A stretch of DNA of 63,988 nt, counting the filler, from Gonapodya sp. JEL0774 (taxonomy: Eukaryota): assembly GCA_027604505.1 (NCBI GenBank). It is 8 parts of 8 records of this genome, joined end to end, with 100 filler letters (N's around TTAATTAATTAA, not from the genome) between each part and the next. Parts side by side here need not be neighbours in the genome. Positions count along the whole stretch, not along the records: positions 32,713 to 40,707 come from JADIIX010000475.1; positions 40,808 to 48,783 come from JADIIX010000476.1; positions 48,884 to 56,830 come from JADIIX010000477.1; 5 more parts are not named here. One strand, 5' to 3'. Both the position numbers and the translations under genes were made by a program. Within the stretch, counting starts at the first letter, position 1, and each line of letters starts with the position of its first letter. This document shows positions 34,989-48,890 of this stretch, in pieces. The notes beneath the pieces were generated by a model that was not told where the DNA came from, made no database searches, and saw only the letters and a list, made by a program, of their open reading frames with translations.

Positions 34989-37900
34989 TTATGCCGTAAA
35001 CAAATCATGATCCTTGACCACTCCATTAAGTTTGTCAGAGGCATTGACATGAATGCGATAGATTTCCAATACCCACGGCATGGGAAGATCCCACACACTG
35101 CTTGTCCTTGTCCCAGGAATCTCTCGCATTATGGGAGACTTGGTGCGTCCATGTTCAGGAATCCCCTTCTTACATTGAAAGAACTTAGGTTTTGAGTTGA
35201 TATTCTTCTTGCAGTCCCCCCGAAAGACGATCCTTGGGCACACCGAGCACTTGACTTGAACTACAACCCCATCCGGTGAGACAAGAAAGTTCAAGATCTC
35301 ACTCAGCTGCTTCCCTTCTGCCCTCAACTCCGCGTTTGGTAATAGCTGTGTCAGCTGAGCATCCAAATTCCGCACCTCAAGTTGTGGAGCAGCATTTGTG
35401 AGCATGAGTGTTGGACGTCCACCAGTCGGCATCAACTGAATAAGGAGGTCCAGCATCTGCTCACGGTCAAAATCATTTACAAGCCGTGTTGTGTCCGTCA
35501 AAATAGAGGCATTGGGGAACACGTGTGCAAGTGCAGTGAACTCAGGTCCAAGAGAGTGCCACGCTTGGGAGCCCTTGGGGAAGACCTCTTTTGCAGTTCG
35601 ATAGCCAAATCTGGAAAACTCGGGGAGAAAGTGGAGACGAACATGACTGAGAATACGTACGTCATGTGGGTAATAAACAAGGTTGTACGGCAGTCCTTCT
35701 CCAGAGCGTTCCTTCTCCTCCAAGCAAGTGTGAGTTGTTTCGGCCTGAGTTTCACTCCTCTGCAAGTACGCAAAGCTGCACTCGGGATCTACTGTCCAGC
35801 GATAGAACTTCCACCGCGACCGGTCTCCCTGTAGATACTGTCTCTGCGTCAATTTCAGTATGGCCCCAAGGAAGAATTGATGGTAACGGGGTGACGTGGG
35901 GTTAGCGCATGCACCCGCGGTTCGTGTTTGCTGCTGCCTCACGTATTGAGACGGAGTTGACTCCTTGTCCTTCTTGGTTCGTTTGCTTGCTGGGAGTTCG
36001 TCAGGCGCAAAGTCGAATTCACGTTGTACCCTGTGATTCGTGGTGTTGTCAGGTTGTGACAACTCGTTCTGACAAAGACCGTTTGCTGAGCGGAAGTAGG
36101 TTGTTCCAGTAGGGAGCGAGAGTATCCAGAATCGGTATTCTTCATCATGAGGAGTGATGGCACCCCAACTTGGAATATGGGGTGGCACCAGTGGAATACC
36201 ATCCCAAGCGCCCCGAGAACGTCCACCACTTGCCTCGAAAGCACCAATGTGCGCCTGTAGATCCAGCATACGAGTGCTTGAGAAAGGTGCGCCATTTGCT
36301 TTAACTGGCAGGATTGCTGGGTTGCACGCCCTGGTGAAAGGGGGCCGGGCACCGAGGATTGCGGTTGGTGATGCGGACTGTCCCGGTGAATCATCCCACG
36401 TCGGAGAGGTTACTGCAGTGACGGGAGATGAAATCTCTGACAAGGGCAAACTCGGCGAGAGACTGTTGACTGTCGAAATTGTAGGCCGTGATGGAATTGT
36501 CCTCGGAGCTCCGGCCACTCCGCAGTGTTCGTCCAACTGCTCGCCTAAAGAAGTCCCAACGTTCCAGTCAAACTCATTTACTCCACCAAGTTTCCCTCTG
36601 TGACTTGCTGAGAGAAATCGAAGCGACAGAATGGCTTCCGTCCACGCTTGAAGCTCTGATCGCATGTCTTCCAAGACGACACGAACCTGATCCACATCGG
36701 GCAACCTCTCGAAACCGCTAATGATGTCTCGGAGAATCGATTTATTGATAGGGACATCGTCTGGCTCGGAGGCAGTTATGTTGTTGGGACAAGAGCGTTC
36801 CTGGTTAATTCCGGTTGTAAGGATCAACATTAAAACCTTCCAACAAACAACTCCCCAGTCTTTGAGTCTTTGAACCACTCACCAACATACGGGATTTCAC
36901 TCGTCGACACAAAACCACTGCAGCGTACGCATCGAGATAAGCCGCTAGTAACGAAACAACAGCGTATAGTTGAAGCTCAAGATGAGCAAGTGTCGGGTCG
37001 TGCTTCATTTTCCCAGGATGAATATTTGGCACCAATATGGTCCAGTCCGAATCTTTCGTACCAAACTGCCACATATATGTTTGACCTGCGACGGTCAAAA
37101 TGCTTGTGCCAAACTTCCGAAATCCAGTGTTGCCCTTGGTTGCGGTGATGACACGAGTTCGTGCTGGCACTTTACGATCGTCCCGGAGAGAAGATCCCGA
37201 AAGCTTTGCCAGTTCATCCACTGCTGCTTCGTCCAAGCCCTCCAGTTTCGTCATTCCATTGAAAGCTGCTGCAATTGGCGTCTCGCCCATGACATGAACA
37301 GACACGGGGCATAAAACGGAAAGACGACGACGAAACAGGAGAGTCCAGAAGAAGATGAGTGCGAAGTGCACGAGAGTGCAGAAGAAGTCCATGAATGGTG
37401 GGAATATAAATGGAGAGCGGTGGAGAGCCTCTTGTGAGATTTGTCGATGCTCGAGTGAGACTTTTGGAGGTTGCTGATTCACATCGATCTTCTCCGTTTC
37501 TTCATCCAGCTGACATACATGAATCAAAAGCTGGATTTCGCGGGCAATATTTGGGCCGATCCCGCCGCAAGGGTGATCGAATGGAGTGTTCAAGGCAAGT
37601 GCATTGACAGTCACATCCTTCCCGACTCTCAGTTGCGTCACCCGCCCATCCACCACAGTGGCCGTTTCTGCCATCTGCGATGCTACAAGCTCCAAGCCAA
37701 GAGGTCCGCATGCCTTTCTCGCCCAAGATGGAAGTCCTGCCAAAATGTTCTCGCCATTCCGACCAAATTCCTGATAGAGACGTCCGAGAAGTGATTGTCG
37801 ACCACGTTGAAAGTAAGAATCTGCCGAGTATTGATTTCGTCCGATGGTGAGGGTTTTAGAAACCACGTCGAGTGATACTCGATTTGACGAGGATAAGATC

Positions 37901-39427
37901 GCTCACCATCCAATCCCTTCTTTGCCTCCGCCCATAACTTTGCAATTTTCGGGGCTGAATCCATGATCAACGCTACAGTATTGTCGCTGATGCGGAGATT
38001 CCTTGAGTCCCCACCCACAGCCGAATTGAGGGATCGGTCAGCGGAGAGAAGGATAAGAGCTTGTTCAAGGTGAGCGATCCATGGCAACTGATCCGGGTCA
38101 TCGCGAGCAAATGATGGAACTTCAAACCGAAGAACCGTCACCGCTGGCACTGATGGCAAGGGAGCTTCCACTTCGAGTTCAAGTTCAGCATGCTCCAACT
38201 CCCCATCCTCGGAATCCGTGTTCTTGCTTTCTTCTTCCGGAACCACCAAGTCTTGTGTCTCCATTCCATTTTCAGTACCGTCCAATGCCAGTGAAATGCT
38301 ATCAATGTCCGGTACACTCAGTAATTGCGAGACACCACGTCCTGTCTCTTGATGTGAATCCACCTGCTCACGCATTACATGATTCCCTCCAAGAGCTGTT
38401 GCAGTGTTGGTTGTCACTGGCACGGGGTCTTTCAGCGAGATCTTTACAAAGTTGACGAATCGAACCTTGCTCTCGGCCGTCAAGTCTGCCTCACCGCGGG
38501 TCTCTCCATCGGATCGGCATGTCTTCCCAGCATAAAGAAATCGGAAAAATGAGGACCGTCCGTCCGAATCGGTGGAGACTGTTGAGGCGATTGTTCTGGA
38601 CATGGTGAGTGCGAATGCCGAGTCAGCCGGAAACAGGTTGTGGTACGTGGAGATATCTGTCGCTGCCTTGGTGAGAGGCATGGAGAGCTGCCGGATATAG
38701 AAGCTTGCATAGACGCGGCCTTGTCTGGAAAGGCATAATGTAGATGAATAGAATGACACATGTCACTTGATTGACCAGTCACTCATTTGTCAACACACCT
38801 GGTTTGATCTGAGTCCTCTTCACCTTCGCAGTCTTTCATCAACTCATACCATTCACTGGGGTCGTAGAAAGGTAAAGAATTGGGGAAGGGAGGGTCGGCG
38901 AGACTTTCAATGAGGTGTCCAGCACCACGAAAGTGAGAGCGCTCATGTTGGTTACTTGAAGGTTCTTGCGACAACTCTTTCAAGGCGTTTGACTTCAAGT
39001 AAAACGTGGCGGAAGGGAGTGTCAAAGCGTCCTGCGAATCGAGTAGAGCCAAGTCGAGGAGAGACGGGGCGAGCGGTCCAAGGAAGGAAGCCACCACGCC
39101 CGGCGGGATGGACTTTGCGATCTTCTCATGTGCTTCTTCGAGAGCTGCAAGAAGTTCCATGAGAAGCGCAACGTTGGCCTGCGGATCGCTGGTCCTGCGG
39201 GTTGGTTGGTTCTTTGACCATTCCTCTCGAAACCTGGCACGCACAGCACGGTCAGAAGAGGCACGTCGGACTGCATCCTGAACGTGTGGTCGCAAGGCTT
39301 TCAAGAGATCCGGGATGCGAGAGTTCGCCTCCTCTGTTTGACGATTCCGCTTCCTATCCCGTTTCTCCTCCGCAGCCCTCTCTTTCCCTCGAACCCCATC
39401 GTTCAGGGTTTTCGCCAGGGATGCCAT
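34989..39427 (-). CDS. Large uncharacterised protein (~1,398 aa, 4 exons) with GIY-YIG-like, UDG-like and Cys/His-rich segments
   Basis: ORFs 38783, 37683, 36805 and 34989 join in frame through GT-AG introns 38725-38798, 37821-37906 and 36801-36882. Exon total is 4197 nt from the ATG at 39427. Confidence 0.75.
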
Positions 39428-41946
39428 GGCAGAGCGACTCTGTGAGGGAGAGGGGGGATTGGGCGTGGAGGGTGAGGAGTTTGGGATGGGAGTCCGAGAC
39501 AGGTCACGTGTGCAGGTGGATCGCCTGTGCTCTCGTGGAAGACGGAAAACCCCATTCTCACGCATATAAAATTCTCGCACAGAGAAATTCTCAGAGCTAA
39601 ATCCGAGTTCGAAAGGTCGAATGAATCGACTTGCTGGTTAAAATTATGGAGCAAGATCCTCAACTCATCGATGTTACTGGGATCGTCGCTGCATGCCGGC
39701 AGTGTGTTTGCCCGTTCAACAATCACCGCAGTGTCATAATCCCTGAGAGCAAGTTGCTTGTTGCCAGCAAACAGGTCGAAATTGGATAATTGAATATTGA
39801 AGGAACAGCCGGCCCCTCAATATGGTGGGGAGCAAAATAAAAGTTGCGACTCACGCGCTCTCTGGACATTGCACCAAGACCGGCAGAGAGTGACGACGTT
39901 GAAGCATGAAAAAGATCGATAAACCTGCTGGAACGCTGCGTATCTGAGCTCTGGACCCGAGTCTTGGCTCAAGTGCGGACTTAAGTGTCACATCTGCAGC
40001 GAGAATGTGGACAGAGTTCTAGTGTCCACCATAGCCACTGGTTGAAACATGGCTTACGGAAAAATTGGTGTGCCGAGAGCTCTGTGATTGAGCTGCTGTG
40101 GAGTCTCTTCGACCATTCAATCGCGATGTGACTGGTAGAAGGATGACGTTGTACAAAGGATTATATTCATTAATTTACATTGAGTACCATCTGAAAAAAA
40201 AAAAAAAAAACCTGCCAGCCGCCAAGGGCGCCGACCTCCAAGAGAGGACGTGAGGAGAGATGTCGAGGGTTACGGGGGATGATCAGTATAAGGGGTGGAG
40301 AGCAAAGAAACAAAAGAGAGAAAACGACACACACGAAAACAATGAAAGACGGCATTGTCCACACACACACGCTGTGCGCCACCCACTTCATCACCACACA
40401 CGACCAAACCGCTACTCTCCCATCTCCTCTACCTCCCCGAGCCAACTCCACGAACCTGTCACACTTTGTGGAGTTCGCTCTGAACTTCGCAGCAGAGGCC
40501 TGAAGTGAAGGGTGATTCCACGCGGGAGAGATCACCCATACTGTTAGCAGCATGCATGATGTGCTAATGACAACCACCCACCCCCGAGGTCCGAGAGCTC
40601 ACGCCACACCTCTCATAGTGGGTGATCCTCGTGAGCGGGAACACGACGCCGGGAATCCCCCGCCCAGAAAGCCCCCGTCACAGATTTCTGCACCACATTC
40701 ACCCACCNNNNNNNNNNNNNNNNNNNNNNNNNNNNNNNNNNNNNNNNNNNNTTAATTAATTAANNNNNNNNNNNNNNNNNNNNNNNNNNNNNNNNNNNNN
40801 NNNNNNNATAGGACTGCAGCCGGCAACTATAACTCTACACTACAACTCACGAGACGGAGGTGGCGGAACGATCACGGGTGGAGGTGTGAATACATCTGCG
40901 TGCTTGGTGCTCGCGAATTGATTCCAATCATCGCATCTGGCATCCTAGTGAGCCTTGGTGGAGACGGTGCTGTCACTGTTGAACGCCGTGCGATCGGTTG
41001 GGGCGGGCAAAGCTAGTAGTGCACTGCGAAGATCCGCGGAACGTCACCGCGTCAAAGGCGACACATCATTAGATCCAATGAATATCGAACGGCGCCAATA
41101 TTGGTATCCTCCTTCGTCTAACTTGATCCCAGATTCCTAAAATGAGGACAGGTCAGGTCGGCCCGCATGGTGGTGTGCACTTGGGAGGGCGACCATCTGT
41201 GGCCCTAAAGGTGGAACACGGGACATGCGCGGGGTGGTATATTCCCGACAAGCATCAGGCGTTTTAGACGTTTTTGTTGGATTTGGTGTGAACCTGGCGA
41301 CGGCAGGAGGGCAGCACGGCGGAGCGGAGCGGAAAGCGTTATTATGTAGCACATGAGAACGAAAAAGATACATGCAAAAAAGCAGCTCCCTGCTGCGATC
41401 TGCCTGCGAGAGCAGTCGTCTCCGGTCTGTCCGAGGGATCGGCACCCGAGGCGTGCTCCAAAAAAGCACACCCTTGGGCTTCTTCACCCCCGTCGACCAT
41501 TGACACTCTTGCAGTCGCGATATCCTCCTCCCATCGAGGAGATTGAAACTCACCAGATACCCAGACTTTCCGCATAAGTTCTCCCTATTGAGAGGCTGAT
41601 GGGTTGGAATCGGTTTCCGCAAAGTTTTTCTGCCGCATTTATTGTGTCATCCGGCCAAAAAAAAGGGGAACGGACCATCAACTCAATTCTCGGGTGCAAA
41701 TGCGCAACAGATCTGCATTGTCATCCAAAAATGGCTAATGTACTATGAGCAGAGAACGGCGTACTACCTGGTGGTTTGTGGTCACCATCCAGTCTGTTGC
41801 GAACTAAAGAATTGGCATTTCTCGTAACCGACCGCTTTCTGTCACTTGGATTGCTTGATCACCTACTTTGTGGAATATCTTGTTATATACGTAGGCGTGT
41901 TGAGAAAACGGTACATGAATAAAATTTGTAATACTACTGTTTGCTG

Positions 41947-44900
41947 TCAAATGTTGTCGTTGGTTGTATTGTCCATGTCTTTGCGCAGATGATCCATCCC
42001 AAACCGCGACAGAGATTTCCAAATGGGGTCGCTTTCCTCACCCTCGCCATCTTGAATTGAGATCAAACACTCCCAACCGCTTTTCATTCTCGTGGTTTGC
42101 CCCGCTGGATCCACAAAGCTGTCCGTCGCACCACCAACATTCATGGACCAGGAAGAATTGCTCCCGGATGACGGACCACCTGTGCATTCCGGTGCCAGCT
42201 CCTTGCTTCGCGACTCTTGCTCATCTGCCACGAAAGAATTCCGGGAGGAATTGCTGATTACTGGACCAGGAGCAAAATCCTCGTCCTCGGTGTCACTACA
42301 CTCTTCAACAACAAGTTCGAAATCTCATTACGATAAGCGTGTTGTTCCGTTTAGTGGATCCAACGTTGACGGAAAGTGAGAGCACAGATCCAATCGCGCA
42401 GCACAGAAGAGCATTGTCAGCGAAATCCACGGTTCTTTGTCAACCTACGTACTCACCATCTTCCGTGCCACTTTGCATGCTGTCCTGATGTCGAGGTTCT
42501 GCCACTCGGATGTAGGACTTGCGGTCCGCCTCAGCCTTCTCAATATGTGTTGAGCTCCATGTGTAAGGGCGTGGGTCCATCTGCCACTTCCAACTGGTGA
42601 GCGTTTCAAACCGACGGAGCGTGCGTTTCACTCGTGTTGCGAAAGAGCTCGTCACTGCATCAAATTTTCTGTTCGCCTCTTCCTCTGTGCACCCTTCGGC
42701 CCGTCGTTCCATAAAGCCGTATTTCACACCTTCAAAAATCTTCTTTATAGGAAGTGCTTCACGGCCACCGCCAGAGCGGATTACTCGAAATCCATATTTC
42801 TGAAGAACGTGTCCAAGACGTTGTAGCATTGAGTCAGAAAAATTGAACTTGTGGAGAGGATGCAACTTGACCATGTCGTTCGGATGAGGTAGGAAACCTC
42901 GGCTCACAAGCTTTTCAGCCGCGGCAATCCTGAGCTCAAAAGTCAAACCACAGAAACCGACATCTGCTGGGTGATCCCCTGCCTCTGCCAAAGCTTGGAC
43001 AGCTTCCGGGAACGTTCCTTCCGGTAGTAGCGACTGGCACCATGGAATCTCAACTGGTGTGAAACCTCGTAGCCACAGGTGACCTTCACAAGGTGTGTCT
43101 TCATTTTCTGCCGGGACCAAATGTTCTTTCCCAATCATCTCTGCAACAACATCACATAACTCCTCATTAGTCAATCGAGACATATCACAGGGATCTGAAA
43201 CCCCTTCGCTGCTCCTGGCTGCGTCTACCAGGCTCCAGCACCGCACAAGTTTCTCTGTTCCGCGATTTCTGGCGCGGGCAAATTTGGGCATGTGTTCCAA
43301 TGTCCCACCAAACAGTCGACTCACAAATCCATCAATTGACAATGCTTGCAGACCAACCTTCGCCAGTGTCGGATTGATCCGCCGTCTTCCTACGCTGGCT
43401 AGTGATTTTTGATATGCCAGCGCCCTCTGAGTAGGGGTCCTCTGCATGTGAGCATCTAAGACGCGGAGCTTTTCATGGTCGATAAGGTCCACTTTCGGCA
43501 AGAGGTCCATCCGAATACTGTTAGCGACACGGTGTGAATGCTTGTGTGCTGCGAGAGATTGGCAAATGGCATGGAAGTAGTGTCCTATGGAGAGTGCGTA
43601 CGATCTCATTCCTGCTCGTTGCAGTACGGCACAAATAGTTGTGTACCCTGACAGGTACCCAAGCGCTAGTACGCCTTCCGCAGTCCTTGGGTTTCCCGGA
43701 AAACCACCTCTGGAGAGATGAGACGCGACAGTCATTCCTAGGGGCCCAAACCGGTCCCTGGTTTGGTTCGCAATGCGTGAGTTCAAAGTGTGGCTCCACT
43801 GCCTTCCGAGTTTGAACTCTTCCATCCCAACCATTACCCTGTCGGCAATTCTATCCGGCAATCCCCGACGCCCGTCCTGGCAAAGAAGTTGTGCTGTTTG
43901 TACCGCAACAGCTCTCACGCCAAAGAACTCGTAGCAACCGGTCCATGCAATGAACGCCATGTGTCTCTCCAAGAACCCAGCTAGCACGGAATCAATGCGT
44001 GGAAATCGTGTGCTTTTTGCTGGCAATGAACAAGCACTCCATTTGTGGCACCTAGATACGTCGCAGTACTTTGCTTGGTAAGTGCAAGCTGGTGCAACAG
44101 CTGTAATTGTTGCAACCCCTATGCCCGCTTCCTGTGCTACTGTTCGCCATGCAGACATTGTGACCGATGCGAGTGTGGAGTTGGTGAGCTCTTCATCAGC
44201 ACACATATGTTGGAACGCCGCATGGCCAGTTACACAGTCAGTAGCGAGGATTCCCTTGCCACACTGCCCCACTAGTAACGCCGCTGGTACTGGTGCCCCT
44301 GGGGCTCTGGGAGGGTGTCTGAGAGCGAACTCAACGTACGTCCCCAGAAAGGTTTTCCACGTTCCCATCTCGCCAAGCCTACCAGTAAAACACAATGACG
44401 TGGCTCCTCCTGTGACACCTCGGAAGTCCGAATCTTTTCGCCTCCCCTGCTCGACCAGAAGCTTCCACGAGTCCTTGAAACTCTGGTGATCGACCCATCG
44501 GAAGGCGGCCGCTATGGCCACGGCAAACCCATTTATATCCATCTCCAAAGTGGGACGCGATTGAAAGTAGAATTTGATATATATGTCCGTGTACGCGTGC
44601 GTGTAATTGATGAATAATCTGTGATACAGTTCCGCAAAGTCCTGGTTGTCGTGCAGGAATGTCAACAAACGCTGGAACGGCTTTATGGTCAATAGTTCTC
44701 CATGTGAATCTCCTGCTGCAGCGGTCGTGGGTGGCCTTCCATCATCGAGCCTGACCCAGTCCCCATACCCTCCTGGAAACAGCTTTATCACAACACGCGG
44801 GGGGATACCACCAGTGTTGGACTTCCGAGTGAGAGCAAATTTCATCTCGTTGAGAATTGGGCAAACATCCCGGAGGTCCTGTTGTCTGGATTGCTCTGAT

Positions 44901-45016
44901 ATGTCTTGTTTTGCATGATTCGAGAGAGCAACCAGGATTTGACCGGAACCATTCGCCGAAAGCGATTCCATTATTCGATGCTGAAGAAAACGAAGGGGAT
45001 CCGTGCGATCTGACAT
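41947..45016 (-). CDS. Orphan protein with one ~2.56-kb intron-free exon and a short acidic last exon
   Basis: ORF 42440-45466, likely start MSDRTDP at 45016. GTGAGT donor at 42456; the last exon reads DFELVVEECSDTEDED.. to 41947. No family recognised. Confidence 0.6.
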
Positions 45017-45208
45017 TTTTAATGTAGGATGTGAGCAGTTGTTGTCTTGAAGAAAACCAGTCTTCTCATTGACCAGAGTAACGTGCATAGTCGAGCGTGC
45101 GAATCCTGGACATTTTCTAGCACAATCTGACATAAAACAGGTACACTTCACGACCAAAGACAGCCTGATTGCTGACACGACAACTGAATGAGTATTCTGA
45201 GCTAGGCA

Positions 45209-48200
45209 ATGTTCAATTCGCTCCGTTTTGCATCCAATGAGCCGCGTGGGAACGCCAAGACCCAGAACACAGAACAACGACAACCTTGTCCAAACCCATT
45301 GGAAGGACAGCACAACAGCTCTATTGCTCGCGGACAAAGCTCCGGTCATTCGGTGGTGAGAATGTCTGTTCACTGTGTCAGCAACATCTTCGCTGGAAAT
45401 CTCTACATAGATGCGAAGGCCACCATTCGCCGATTGCGACGGTTCCAAGGCGTACGGGACGCTCACATGGAAAATCAGTCTATCTGACTATTGCAAGTGC
45501 TGGAGACTGGAGCTCCCCCAATTACAGGATGAAGGATTCTGGAGTGGTGCGGATGTCGATGAAGATAGTGAGCAAACCGGCGGACATTACCCACGGATCC
45601 CGCACTGAGGTTATTCAAAACTTATTTGTCAGGACTCCCAACTTTGGTGACGGGCCTGATGAATGATGGCCACCGCTCCCCCCACAAGTTGGAGCCCCAA
45701 CACTTGGAGGATCTGGTAGCAAACTCGTTGTCCATCATGGACAAATTCAAGCTTGAGGAGTCATTTGTTACGAGTAAAGCATTAAAGTTCCTGCATGTCG
45801 GTGAGTTGCAAGGCTGGGTACGCAAGCGGGACCAGGAAGGAACAGTTTACGTATTCATTCTATATCCAGTGTACGACATCTTGTTCAACAGTCGCACACC
45901 AACAAGTGAGCATACCATCCTCAGGCTCCTCCCTCATGTCTTGGAACAACGACTGCTCATACACATGGCTGACGGGGACCGCAACGGTCTGTTCCTTCCT
46001 GACGCCATCCTATGCCTTGGATTTCTCGCAACGGCATCGTCAAAGACCCCAACGCCGCTTCTTCAACTCATGAACTTGGCCGTCCAGAGGGCTGAGTCGC
46101 ATGCTGAGGACGAGTCAGCGGTCTTGAGGTATAGACAGGAGGCCAAACGGTTGAAAGATGATCTACTGCGAGGGCAAGGCGAGGTGTTGACATTGTCGCA
46201 GCGTCTGAGAACAGCAGAGACGGAACTTGGGGACATGAAGAACGGCAGAAGCAACATGCAGAACTTACTCAATGACCATGTCGAGGAAGTTCGCCGCGTG
46301 AGAAAAGACAATGACAACTTAAAAAAGTCACTTGCTAAGTCAGAGGAAGAGAAGATGCTCTTCGCGGTGGAGGTGGCATTAGCTGCACTAAAGAGCAGGG
46401 CAATGAGCGCGCAGGAGCCCATGACAGACACTGACGTGGACGAAGCCAGGGAGACCTTGGAGGAATGGGTCGGTGAGTTCAGTCAGTACGAGGATGCAAG
46501 TCTTACCTGCTGATGACAGGTGTCCCCAGGTTTACGATCCTGCAAAAATGCCTCTCCAGATGCCCCTCAGAGTGATGCGGAAAGCAATTCTTCGTCTAGG
46601 ATGGAGTCTCCTGCAAAACCGGAAAGGCAAAGTCCCACGGTAGCTGCAAATCAGACTTACACACCTGCCAATCCCGCTTCTCATCATCATCCTGTTCGAG
46701 CCCCCGTCCCTGCCATCTCCGGTTCTGGTCATCAGCTTGTTCGAGCCCCTGCGTCTGCCATCTCCGGTTCTGGTCGTCAGCCTGTTCGAGCCCCTGCGTC
46801 TGCCATCTCCGGTTCTGGTCGTCAGCCTGTTCGAGCACCTGTGTCTGCCAACCCTGGTTCTCGTCATCAGCCTGTTCCAGCCCCCACCCCTGCCATTTCC
46901 TTTCTGCGGCCAATCCTCCAAGGTGCGCCAAGAGTACCTCTCTGCGTCAAGGACGGAAACACAACTAGTCCCGCAACGTCGAATCAACAGGTGTAAGTGG
47001 CAACGTATTCAGACTGCACACTGTCGGATGCTGTGCAAACTAACCCTTCAATGCTGCTCAATTCTGCTTTTTCCTCATACAGAATTGTACACCCCACCGT
47101 GATCAGCGAGCGCGAAAAAGAACTTGATGCATGCAAATCGGAGCTTGCTCGAGTCCAATCAAAGCTAGCGGAAAAGGAGATCCAGTGTGTTCGAGTTATG
47201 TCGCAGATGGAAATTATGAGGTCTATGCTGGACGACAGGATTGGGGCAAATGGGAAATTGAGAGAGGAATGCGGGGGCGCCAAAAAAGCTGTCGAACTTT
47301 TGAACGCGGAGGTGGAGAGGCTTCACTCCGAGGGGCGAGCGAAGCAGAGTACCATCACGCGCTTAGAGCAAGATGTTAGTCGCCTGCAGCATGACCTCCT
47401 GGAGCAGGAAAGGAGAAAAACGACCCTGAAGGCGGAAGTGCCACAGCTGCGACAGCCTGCACCTCTCTTGCGAAGCGATAGCTCGAGCTTGGACATTCAG
47501 GATCTCTTCCGTCGCGATAATTCAAACTTAAACGTTCAGGATCCACAAGAGGAGACAAACGTCTCACCGAGAACAAGCTACAAAAGAGTGAGTGAACAAT
47601 GAGAGAGAGAGGTGCGTGTTTACATCAATCCACAATTCTTGCCTCTGCCATTTTAGAACACCTCGGCGATTTCCCCTCCTCGCGATGCACCCCGCACCAA
47701 GCTGGCCCGAGCCTTGCACGAATATGCAAGCAGGAAGAAGAGCATGCGTGCGTCTAGGATGACAATTGAGGATTCTGATTCGGATGGCACTGATACGCGT
47801 TCCCGGAGTCCCGAGCTCGGGTGTCCCAATCCACATGTGAGTTGTTGGGCTTTGTTGGATAACCGCATGAAATACTGACTGGGGCTGGTGAATTGTGAAC
47901 GAGAACAGCCTCTGCCTCTCATGAACGTACATAAACCTACAAGCTCAAGTTCGCGCGTGATTTCGAGTGGACGTGGGAAACAGGCACGCAACAGAGCAAT
48001 GCCTGCAGCTGATCACGACAGTATTTCTTTGGATTCTCATTCAGCCTCAAGAAGAGCTCGGAAAGGAAAGACAACTGATCCGAATGCGAACACCAATGAC
48101 AGTCCAGCAATCCACATTGCTCCGATTTCAATATCGCAACCAAATACAATCTCGGCAGCAATGGCAACAACCTTGTTCCGAGATCTTGGAAATTTTGCCA

Positions 48201-48607
48201 ACCTCACGAAATCAAAGGGATTATCTGGAGCCGGGATTGATGAGATTGCAAAAGTACGGAACCTAGTTGATATTGGAAACAGTGAATTTCAATTCAGTGG
48301 ATTGACGGAAACAGCAAAGTCACTCACTCAAGATGAGACAAAACTGACGCAACTCAGCAATTTGTGGCGACATGATTTGGCGGAGGCCAAGAGCAACAAG
48401 TCTAAAAAGACATTATTGAACAAACTTATAAACGTGGGGTGGATCACAGTGCAGGTGGAAAAGGATGGGTCACCGGAGAACTTTGTCAATAGATGGCGGT
48501 TGAAGAGTAAGAATCCCGAATGGCTTGGATTGAGAAATCTCGCCTCTGTTCCACCCCACACTGCTCAAAAGCAGTTATTAGGACAAGTAATTTTTACAAT
48601 TGGTTAG
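45209..48607 (+). CDS. Orphan coiled-coil protein with an internal 15-aa repeat; multi-exon, ends uncertain
   Basis: ORFs 45626, 46520 and 46997 join in frame through introns 46473-46529 and 46993-47082; heptad-rich E/K/L/Q/R segments. Links to the 45209 and 47888 ORFs are tentative. Confidence 0.55.
46685..46900 (+). repeat. Coding minisatellite, ~5 x 45 bp ((H/R)QPVRAPASAISGSG)
   Basis: Units start at 46685, 46730, 46775, 46820 and 46865; consensus cgtcagcctgttcgagcccctgcgtctgccatctccggttctggt. Confidence 0.92.
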
Positions 48608-48890
48608 CGAAAATGTAAATAGCGTCGGTGGTCAGGGAGATTTTTAAGGTTCTCCAACTCGTGCTGTGGCAGTGTCCTCCGAAGCCAATTTGTTCCCCCT
48701 CCACTTCCCGCTGCGAAGCGGCAGTTTTGAAAAATTTATTCGTAGTTCGGCCATCAATCAGTTCGACCGATCGCCCGCTTTGCNNNNNNNNNNNNNNNNN
48801 NNNNNNNNNNNNNNNNNNNNNNNNNNNTTAATTAATTAANNNNNNNNNNNNNNNNNNNNNNNNNNNNNNNNNNNNNNNNNNNNCAGAAGT

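Noticed and set aside
40194..40707. A17 run and adjacent sequence as a retroelement end
   Set aside because: No RT, endonuclease or recombinase motifs and no TSD; the contig ends before it can be judged.
44250..44395. Walker-A-like strings GEMGTWKT and VGQCGKG in the orphan ORF
   Set aside because: Neither fits GxxxxGK[ST], and no Walker B context is evident.
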